From: Oopsacas minuta | Taxonomy: Eukaryota > Animalia > Porifera | Direction of reading: 5' to 3' | DNA: 64,000 nt | Assembly (NCBI GenBank): GCA_024704765.1 | Contig: JAKMXF010000335.1 | Location: 186,001 to 250,000 of the forward strand | Part shown: in pieces, positions 20,249 through 31,389 of the stretch | How positions within the stretch are numbered: position 1 is the first letter of the stretch | How the letters are laid out: every line of letters begins with the position of its first letter | Notes under the pieces: generated by a model | Told to the model about the DNA's origin: nothing | Databases searched by the model: none | What the model saw: the letters and a program-made list of their open reading frames with translations, nothing else | Translations under genes and position numbers: made by a program

Positions 20249-23200
20249 ATGGAACATACTAGAGACGAACAACTAATCTTTTCTCAAGCAAACGGACAAA
20301 ACATGGATCAATCTAACTCTATCGAATTACAGAATAATTTCTCTAATGGAGTCTGCAATGGTAACGCACTACATCTTGATATGGAGACCGAACATTCCGA
20401 TGGCAGTGACCAAAGCTCATCACCATCTCAAAACTCCGAAAGCCCATTCCCTTGTATACCAGACACGCCAGATGTTGATGTCGATAACGACAACACACAT
20501 CAGCTGTCTTCAATGAGCTCTGACTGTATGGATCCATGCTCTAGCCCCTTACAAGAAGGAGAATCACTAAACTTACACGAGACAATACTCGATATGGATA
20601 GAAGTGAGTTCATTACTGATAAATTGATAATATAGTTTTGCTTTGCATATTAGTTAAGAGTTAATTACTGCAAACTAGAGTGAAACGTCTTTTATGGGAA
20701 TTTGGTAAATATAAAATAGCAAATTGATTCTTTCAAGTTCTTATACATACTTTTGGCAATGAATACTAGATTTTCAAGAGAATATAAATTTTCATAGTTC
20801 TCATTACCTCATCTTTGCAGTCACGAAAAATTTTAATTATTCATGGGGGTGATTAGTAAAATTTCCAATATTGGCCGAGAAATAGTATCAAACTGCGGGT
20901 ATAATTTGTGGTTTGTATTCGAAACCATGAAAAAGAAGCAGAAATTATTTTGAAATTTGAAGACAATAGGAACCAACTGAAGTAGTATCAGTTTCTTGAA
21001 TCTAATGGAATGCAACTTGTGTACAAGATTTGTATATGACTGTATATCGAGGTGTAAAAAATTCCAATCGAGTCATACAATATCCAATGGGAAATAACTA
21101 TATGTGTTGTGAAACAACGAATTTTGGGTGACGATAACAAAATTATATACAAAAATATTTAACCAGAGATGACTGAATAATTAGAGATGAAAATGTAAAT
21201 ATTTTTGATGGTAATAAGGTTTCCTTAAATTGTTAATCGTGTCAAAACTCGTGACGGTAAAATAATCAACATCAGTTCGGTTCCAATTGTAGATATTTGA
21301 ACAAAATATTGCACAATTAAACGCGAATAACACTGTTTACAAAGGTGTTGGAAACTATGTATTTTATAAAGTTGGTTGTTAAGATAAAACAATATTTGAA
21401 ATTTCGTTGCGAATATTATGAAAATTCGAACAAGATGAGATGAAGACAAATTCACATTAATATCTCTGACAAAATGTTGTGTAAATATACTTCCATTGCA
21501 TTTAATAACCGCCAAATTATTAACCGATCTTGAACAAATATCGCGGGGAGATTTTTACTACAGTTGTTGATATTCATATCAATATTTTGAGGCAATCTTC
21601 GTGTAATGATAAAAATATATACAATATTGACGATGTTACTCAATTCTTATAAGACAAGTTTCAATACACGTTTGATGAGTGAAATTTGATGCAAAAACGA
21701 TGGTGACATTCTTTTTCGTAACATTTTGTCACCCTTTCAACATCCACAAATTGACAATTGATATTTTCTCGTTTTGTAACTACCGAAATACTCATTTCCA
21801 AAAAGTACAGAAAATGGTTTTGATACACGGTTTGTACCAATCTGACTGGTTTATTGCTTCATGTAACAAGTTAGTGAAAATGTTATCATCAATGTTCAAA
21901 TAAAATTTTAATTGTAAATACATTTGTTCGTAAACCATTGAAATTATATTGAAACAATTGAATAGACCCAACCAAGTGATTGAATAATTATTACGTGAAT
22001 ATAACTGAATTGTGGTCTTGTTTTAAATTATATACTCCATGGGTGAACGCTCTACCACCATCAACACATGGTACCAAGACTGAAGATAATTTCAAACATA
22101 TTTGAAAATTATTAACTATAAACACTGAGAAAAACTATATTACCTTTTGCTATAGGTTTTTCCAATATCTTTGGCCAGGCAGTTTAATTTCCCAACAATT
22201 ATGGATATTACAAAAGAGAGTGGGTATTTGAAAGTGTTTACATATGAAACCAAACTGTAAATATCATACTCCAGCTAAATATTTATGATTTAAAATGTTC
22301 TCTTAATCGAGGCCAGCCTTTTCGCCGGCACTTCGAAGTACTGATTCAGACAAAAATGAGATTTCGAGTTTTCAGGAACTCCGCTTTAGTGGGACAAACT
22401 TGCTGAACCGAATATTTAAGCAGATTTCTGTGAATATATCTGCGAAACATTTTCCATAACCAGATTTCATTTTCAAGCTAAAAGTTCAGAACAGCAGTAC
22501 TACACTACTACCTCTATTTGTTAATTAACAATTGTAACAATTATTCTATGCAAAGTTCGAACCTAAAAAATGAAATTTATTAATTATCTTCCGAATTCTT
22601 AAATTCTTTTACATTCAGACTTTACAGCTGTAGGATTTTTATAATTAACCATAAATTAGTTTCACTTCTAGAACATCTTATTCAAAATTATGTGACCATC
22701 TGCAACGCCAGTTTAAGGGTTTAAATGATAAATAGCTAAAAGCCTTAATAATCGCACTCTATTGAAATGTCAGTGTTGTATGATAATGAGGATTCAGTAG
22801 ATGTAATGTAGTGAGTAAATATCAGTAATCAGACTTGATTGATTCTTGAATTAGAAACATATTTGATTGTCTTCTTATTTGTGATTATACAATATTTGAG
22901 TTTGAACATGCTCCAACGGTCAACTTTCGTTTTATTGAAGCTCAAGGGACCGCGATAATTACTTCGAAATAATAACTGGTATAACTTATGATACTTTGAC
23001 GTTTTGGAACCATATTTGTACAATTTCAAACTTCGATATATGTGAGCATTTCAATGTAACGAGAGTTAGGCTGTATTTTGTGAAAATACCAAACATTAGA
23101 AACTTCAATTAAACAAAATTGGTGAATATTTCATTGATTTTAAGCAATTTTTGGTTAAAATGTAATTAAAGCATGAATACTTCAAACATATAATAATTGT

Positions 23201-26200
23201 GGAATTAATAATTTTCCTACATCCGTTCTTCTGCAAAATTATATTTATGAATATAAACAAAAATTTGGGTGTTTTTATATTAAAAACCGAATTTTGATTC
23301 GTGGGAGCGAAGATTCTAATAATTATTAAATTTACATTAATTATCCCAAAATTAATTGATTTTTGAATAAAATGTGGTGAATTTTGTAATTAAAATTTTA
23401 TTTAAAATAGAGTTTAATGAAAATTCTATTCGGTTAGTGGTGATAGGAATTGACACGCATTACAATCAATTTTGAGTAATTTTTGTAAGGAATTTGATAC
23501 CTCGAAAAACTTCCAAATTCTTGAATAATTGATGTAATAATTTCTAGAAATGTATAATAAGTTTGTTGACCCAATTAATTATATTTTCACACCTCATTCA
23601 AATGAAGGATGTCATTCAAATTGAGGAATAATCAAGCAAACACTTTTATTGAGAATGACAACCATTATCTAGCATTTGTTCTTGAATTACACTGAATATA
23701 TATTACTCCAAATTTGAGGATTACCTTTCTATTCAAATTTTAATCTGTGAAACAACAAATTAACATTTCACTCTATTGCAATTGAGAATGAACGGTTTAC
23801 ATTTCAATGTCTTGTTGACATCTCCATTGTATTTTGATAGTATTATCTCAAATATTAATTAGAAAATCTCTTATTTCATCCGAGTTAATTTTGGAATAAT
23901 ATTTCCAGGCAGTTTGTCAAATTATGCGGTTTGTTCTGATTAAGTTTTGTGGAGTTTCTTATGTAAATTTTGGGAAACTTGTATTGAATAATCGGTAGCA
24001 TTAGCAAAACCTAAGAAATTTTATTCTCGTTAATATTAGCAACTTAATAGGAAGTAATTTTGGCCTCAGATATCTTATTATTTACTTTAAAGATATTTCC
24101 AATTTAGATTCCCCTTTCATCTCTGGATTTTCTGATATAATCAATAAACACAAAACCATATTAAGCATGATACATCTAAATGCATAGAACACGGGTTTAA
24201 TTGGTTTGTATCGAAAAATGTTAAAACTCCAAAAAAGCGGGAATCTGATTTCGAAATTCCTTTGTTTTTGGCTTTCTCATTTCTATAAAATTTATAATTT
24301 TCATGATTTCGAAATAACAATTTACTTTAGTGTATTAAGATGTGTATAAGAGACTTATATTATGAAAAATCACTGGAAGTTAATCGCGAAATAATAAGGA
24401 AGTAAAATGAGGGATTTATGTAAGTGATTTTCATTTGGAAAATAGGGCTAGAGTCGCTTATTATGAACATCAAGATACCAAAATTCTCGTCCATATAAGC
24501 GAACATATTTAACACAAAAGCTAAGGGGGAAACGTCTAGATATCACCTACTCGGTTTCGAGTTTTCAAGCCTTTTCTATAAGTAATCATTGCATATTATT
24601 CGGCTATTGGCTAATGACAGTCACAGTAGTGCTTTTTGGCTACTCTGATTTTTAAATCAGATTGACACTCTCTAAAACTGACATAATTAATCTCTCATAT
24701 TTTGTGTTTCCTGTCCACATGCTTGTGCATATTATGCAAACTTTCCAAATTTAAGAATATTGAATCAGTAATTTTACTAAACCTGCAATTCATGCAAATT
24801 CCTCAAAATTTCTGAGAATTTTATTCCCCACAATTTCAACTTAACCACTTATGAATATTCCTATTATCTTAGTCACAGAAGTTAAATGATAGCAAAATAC
24901 CCTTTCGGTGCCATCTTTGCATGGTCAAGTTAAAAATATTTTCCCAAATTACAAAAGGAACAATGGAAAGAGGATACTCAAGCCATTGAGACTGGTACAA
25001 AAATGCTCTCAGATGGCTTGTTTAATTAATTTACATTTTGGGTTAATACACATGACAATACAAAAATTCTCCAACAGATGCATAAGTAAAACTAAAATTA
25101 TGTGATTAAATAAAATTATTCAAGTTGAGCCCATTCTGTGGAATTTTCGTAGGAATTTAAGGGTATGCCTTTTGGGAATTCAAATTGTAAGTGTGGGTGG
25201 GATGAGAAATGATAGAGAGTTTGGTAATTCACTTTTTGCAGGAGTTATTTCCTATATGAATGTGTAGGAATAATTTTTTAACATATTAATACATTCTTCA
25301 GGAAAAGTATCTTACAGGATAAATAGCATTATTGATTTTAGGAAATTATTATTTTGACTATATAAGGTAAAGAGACGCAAGGTGAATATGACATGAAAAT
25401 GTGTTAACTAAATTGGAATACTAGTCCTTCGGGAGTGTGAAATATGTTGCCCTGAGGCAAACATGAAAATTGGCAGTGAGAGGTCACAAATTTATATTTG
25501 AAGAAATTTTATAGGAAAATTACAAAGGCCAAACTCATACACACCAGAACAACGGAATTTACTCTTAAAATACTTTGATGACTACAAAATGAACTCCACA
25601 CATAGAAAGAACATGCAATTGATTGAACAATGCGCACAAGAGCTTACAATCCCCGTACCTAAAGTCAAGGTAAGAATTACAAAGTTAGTTCATATTCACA
25701 AAAGTGTATTTTAAATGTAATTACACCTCTAGAATTGGATCGGAGCTGAAGCTGTGAGGAGAAAGAAGAAACTCGGTTTATTGCCAAAAGCTAAAATGTA
25801 TCAACCAAGTATGCATGCGCCTCAAATCAACAATGTAAGTCATGTTTAATGTACTTTTGCTATGGAAGACAAATCTCTAATTTGACAGGTCTTTATATGA
25901 TTATATTCCTCTATAGATTGTCTTAACACCTAATAAAACGATGAAACGACAGAGATCAACTCCTATCTCTAAGCCTATCCCTCAGGCTGGTTACCAATTA
26001 GTATACGCTGCATCTGAAAAACAGATTACAGAAGCGAACGGACATGGTAAGTGCAGGGGTGAAAAATTTCGTAAGGAAAGACAACAGCCAAAATTCAAGA
26101 GTCCACAATGAAATCCAAAATTTGCTTTCTTATTTTATTTCCCTGCCATCAAACAATGATTCCAGACAATCTCCTGCTTGTCACGTTCTTGCAACTGTCC

Positions 26201-29099
26201 AGATTTTGAACGTCTGCTATTATTGTAACAATTTATAGATTACAGTAAATTTGCAATGAAGCAATACTCGACAGCTGATATGATAAAACCAATACCAAAT
26301 ACAGTTTTCGCGAAAACAATCCCACATGGCGTGAATCCAGCAATTGGGCAATTCGAGATGGGACTGGAAGAAACGAATGTACTTACGCCTCAAACAGTGA
26401 TAAAACAAACTCAACGTCTCGTGAACTACCAACTTGATGTTGACGACCCACAACAAATGCTGACTGCAATCCAAGAATTGGTGAGTTGTGATCATATGGT
26501 ATTTATATTCCATGAATTATCTTATTCATAGCAATTTCTCTCGGTTTTCAAGTAGGTACTAGTATTACCATAATCGACTGTAAATAATTCTTAGGACAAG
26601 TTTATATATGTGATTAGTAATATATGGAAATTCACGAGAATTTGTGAAAATAGATCGAGACGATATTGCAAGCTTCAAAAATAGTTTTTACAGTGTGAAA
26701 CCAGAAAACTCTAATAATAAATTCAACTATCATACAGTCAGCAGCATCAATTGGAGGCTATATGCTAATTTTTAAATGTAAATTCTAGGAAATTTAATCC
26801 TAATACTATAGAAGACATTAACAGTAACAGAATTCTGAGAATATTGTAATATGATTATCATCTGAATCAAATATGGTTAAAATAGAGTCAATATGATAAT
26901 AATCGCTGGGAATGGTTTTATCCGCGATCTCGTTTTACCAGATGTTGTGAAATGTTAAATTGTAACTTTTTGTGCCATGGTTCGAGCACATGACCTACAT
27001 ACATGGGTATTGATTCTATTAAAATGTGTTCCTGTGTATCACCGCATGCATAGCGAGATATATACAATGGAAATGGTTGTCATTCTTATTATTTATTTGT
27101 AGCCACTTTAAAATTGATCATTTAAATGCTAAAGTGGGTTGAGTAACAATAATTGTTTGATTGAGCGCTACAGAATGGAGATAATTGTAACTAGCATTAT
27201 TTTGGGGGGAATTAGAGGTTGATTTGTGTACTAGAACGAACTTAAACATACAATTTACATCTTATTTCCATTCAAAAGAGGTTTTTGAATAGAAATTGCT
27301 TACTAGACCCGAACATATGTCAATACAATTGGATATATCTCTCAGCATGAATAGAAGCAATTACTTTTCAAAACTGAATTATTCAATTTGTGCTTTCTAA
27401 GCTCCAACAGTTATACATATAAGGATTTATTGCATTTTTTCCTCTTAAATATATCAGTTACCAAGAGCTGAGTCCAATTATAAGCCTTCTGACTATGTTT
27501 TCGTATCGCTAATGTTATTAGGGGAGTAACCGCCATAAACGGAGTGACATGGACGCTGAAAAATGCTACCACGTTTCACCGTTCGTGGAGATTCATTTGT
27601 GCGGGGTGTGATGCAAACTGAAGTATGTAACCTTTGAAAAGTTGTCTCTTTGGATGATGCTAATTTCTGCAATAATAAATTCGATAAATTCACCTATAAA
27701 TTCTAAATTTAGTATCAATATTTGGAACAACAAGGATTTGAGGGCTACGGAGTACTTGTAAACACAAAACAAATACAAACTCATCTTGTATCAACACACA
27801 AAGGACTTTCCTATCATCAGAGTCAAGTTAGAGCTGGAAAACCTTTAGAGAACCCATTCATGGGATATATATTCTCAGAAAATGGTGAGTTTCAGTTCCA
27901 TTTTGAAGTCTGTTCGTAATTGGCACTTAAAACACTAGTAATCATATTTGATTATGTGTCTAATAACCTTAGCCAAATTACTTACTTTAAATCATATTTT
28001 GTGGGCTTACAATGGAAAAATTATTGTAATTTCGACCACTGAAATAAACTGCAGCATAACTTCGAACATTTGTTAGCAGAAACCGCTAAATACTTATGGA
28101 TCTTCAATTGGTCGCCAATAATTAAGACTTTAGACTTTCAAATCCAAAATGTGTAATTAGCATTTAAAACATTTTATCTCCCAGATTTGAGGGTTATTGA
28201 AATTTGATTGAATATACATTCTACTAAACTTTCTCAGAAAAATAGTTGTTAATTATTAGAAATACATCACAAGATCTAATATTGTCATATATTTGTTATT
28301 TTTATTTTTGTTTATTTTTAGAATCTACTGATAAACCTGCAACACCAGTAACCTCTCCAGATAATTCCGTAGAAATGAATCTTAGACGAAAAGTTGAAAT
28401 CGAATTCGCACTCAAATACAGTAAGTAACCTCGACACATATACAGAATGTCCTTATTAAATGTTGGAAATTCTGCATAGAAATAATGAAACTGAATTTAC
28501 ATGCCAAAATGACATATTTTCACAGCTGTTGCCTATTAGCTTTTGTCTATAGCAAAATCATAACTATTTACATACAAAAATGAACTGTATGCCCATCAAA
28601 TAATAAACATGGATTTTGTATAGTACATAGTTCGCATAATAGTAAATTCGCGTATTTCAAGGAAAACTCAAGCAAAATACAATTTGCCAATAGGCGAACT
28701 CCACTGTATACATCTTTGGCCCAATATCTTTGAATTTTTTCTTGCTCGTAAATAACCTTCAAACCATGCTATACGCTATAATTATAAATATTTTTTATAG
28801 AACAATGCACTGGTAAAACCGATATACCATACGATAACCTATCAGAGATGGACATAATGATAGCTGGTATGCCAAGTAACATAGAATTCAATGCACCTCA
28901 TCTTTACAACAAATATCAACTCGAACAACTTGCACAAGCCTTACCACAGATTTTCTTTCTCAGACCACAAGACACCCATGAAGAGACTGTTATAAAAACT
29001 GAACCAGATTCGATCAGTTCCTATAATTACATCCAAACCGTTCCAACTGCGCTGCTCCCAAACGGACACATAATTCAACCGACATTATTAAAGCTTTAG
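20249..29099 (+). CDS. Predicted 517-aa transcription factor: acidic/Ser-rich N-terminus, HDX-like atypical homeodomain, TFII-I-like N-terminal domain, one GTF2I-like repeat. Exons 20249-20603, 25515-25669, 25733-25834, 25917-26046, 26239-26480, 27713-27884, 28322-28420, 28801-29099
   Basis: All seven introns are GT..AG with matching phases; exon lengths sum to 1554 nt (518 codons including TAG). Homeodomain: KLQRPNSYTPEQRNLLLKYFDDYKMNSTHRKNMQLIEQCAQELTIPVPKVK|NWIGAEAVRRKKK. I-repeat-like: LRRKVEIEFALKY|KQCTGKTDIPYDNLSEMDIMIAGMPSNIEFNAPHLYNKYQLEQLAQALPQIFF. The link from exon 1 across the 4.9-kb intron is the least certain part. Confidence 0.8.
22917..23073 (+). mobile_element. MITE family A copy in intron 1 of the homeodomain gene
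   Basis: cggtcaactttcgttttattgaagctcaagggaccgcgataattacttcga ... gacgttttggaaccatatttgtac ... gagagttaggctg|TA. Confidence 0.85.
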
Positions 29100-29477
29100 T
29101 AGAATAATAATAGGTAAAATTTTGAACACACACATCGCGCAATCGAGTATGCATTCCACATGAATCACTTTAACAATAGTGTGTTAGTCATTAAAGCGCA
29201 GATAATGATCTCCTCTCTTCTCTCCTTTTCTCCTATAACTTTTGTAGATAGTTACAGTAGTTATTTTAGACTCTACGTAGCATGCTGCATATTTTAACTT
29301 TATTTCTTACTATGCAACTCTATGCAGACATCTCATGTAATATTGTATACATATTGGTATTGATAATGGATACTAATAAATTTTATATCAACACCTGCTT
29401 ACTTTATTTATATTGGGGAGGAGGTAACTGAGATATCAATTGGGGTATTTGACTGATTATTCGCCATTGCCTTAGAG

Positions 29478-29616
29478 CAGAGGTTCCCAACTTGGGGTCT
29501 ATGGACCATTTTGTGGTTCACAGGTGCAGGTGACGGTAGGGGGTCCACAGGATCAATTGTAGTCATATGGGAGGGGTCTACTTGTTATCCACGAGTGAAA
29601 AAGATTGGGAACTCTG
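29478..29616 (+). mobile_element. MITE family B copy downstream of the homeodomain gene
   Basis: TIRs cagaggttcccaac / attgggaactctg; flanks ccttagag / cattagag (7/8 TSD). Further B copies at about 4829-4970(+), 29918-30035(+), 39509-39607(-), 39930-40014(-), 46563-46630(+), 49349-49374(-), 57149-57275(+), 58295-58385(-), 58945-59095(+). Confidence 0.8.
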
Positions 29617-31389
29617 CATTAGAGAAACATCAAAGATATTTTTAATATAGAATAGAAATACGTATATTACAAACAATGGATATCAGCAAAGAATTTAATT
29701 CAAGGCTTAAGTAGTAAACAGTGTTCCTACAGGATTCTTTAATAACTCTCAAATTTTGTGTGAGTGCCGTCTTTGCCACATACGTATAATGTATTAATCC
29801 CGAAATACAAATTTGTTCATTTTGCTCCGATTTCTGCAATATAATCCCATCGCTGTTATGCAATAATGCGTATACTGTAATTCTTGTTTGGCAAGTAATA
29901 ATTATGTTAAACTAGATTAGCGGTTCCCAACCTTAGATCCATGGCCCCTTTGGTGGTCCACAGAATCTATAGCAGTATATGGGAGGGGGTTCAACAGAAT
30001 GTGTTAAAATTGGTATAGGGGTCCACTGGTGAACTAGACCTACAATATCTGGTTTATAACTTCCTACCAGTTATGGTTTAAACTCTTTTTAAGGCTTTAG
30101 TCGAATCACATTTTTCTACACATTTTCAGCTCGTAAGGAGCAGTTCAAACATTATATAACACTACCAAGGGGAGGAGATGGTAAACAAAATGTGACAGTC
30201 ACGTCAAATATGTATGACACAAAGGAATAAGCATTTTCCGGGATTTTGTGTAACATACCGTTTTAACGGCCACTAAATATCCTGCCTGCTCTCTCACTAA
30301 TTTTGTTTAATTAAAAATCAATGATTTTCCCTATATTAAGCTAAAAACTATAATATTTGGGTAAAGCAATGATGTGAATTGAAAACTGATAAAGCCAGCT
30401 AACTTGAATTTTTTTTGACATCAATGATTATTATAATTAAGTGGAATGGATGATATTACAGGCTTCACTTGGAAATAATTATGCATGACTTTATGAAAAT
30501 GAATAATGCACATGCAATATTAGATGCTATGCGAATAAACGCACTGATTAGTTGTCAAATGGAAAAGAAAATACATTCAATGTTGAAATTAGTATTGTTT
30601 ACCTAGCAAAGTATTCTTACCTTGAGAGTAAGCTAGTGTAGACAACAACACTGTTATCATAAATATTATTAATGTTGTATCAAATTTTGACAGTAATCGT
30701 AATGTGTTTTCTAATTACTGACTTAATAGAGTAAGTCGGCAAACAAAAATGATAACAATACAGCTTTTTAAATATAACTAATCATCGTATTTACAGCTGT
30801 AGATGATCTATATTATTTTTTATATCACATATAATCTACTTCCTATATTGTTTGTGGATTTGTATATTGAAATTCAAATGTTTCCTCACATGTAGTTTTG
30901 GTCAAGAGGACTTAACCCAAACTAGGGGGTGCAAGCCCTCTTCCCCCTGCAGTGGCCTGCACCCACCGGGCCAGAGCCTATGTTCAGGGCAGTGGACCTT
31001 ATTAAATAATGGTATTACAATACATGTTTTCGCCTAAAGTGCAATTATTGTTCAATTCGTTTGTGAAATTGTAAATTAGTAAGATAATAAGCAATATGGA
31101 CACAAAAGGTAAAATTGAGTCCATACTTGACTTGTAAATATAAATCATGTGGTAACCATGGGATACTAAGTAATATACAAACGAATTAATAGTGACATAA
31201 CTATTACAAATTTACTAGAAATTTCCATCAGTTTCGATATACAGGTTAATATTCAAAGAATATAATTTGGCATTTTATTAAAAAGTGAAAATGCTACGCT
31301 ATTGATGAACTTGAAAGTGTAACCAAAATTGATTATAAATAGATAGAAATATGAAAATTCAAATATAAACATCGAGAATAATCAGAGAG

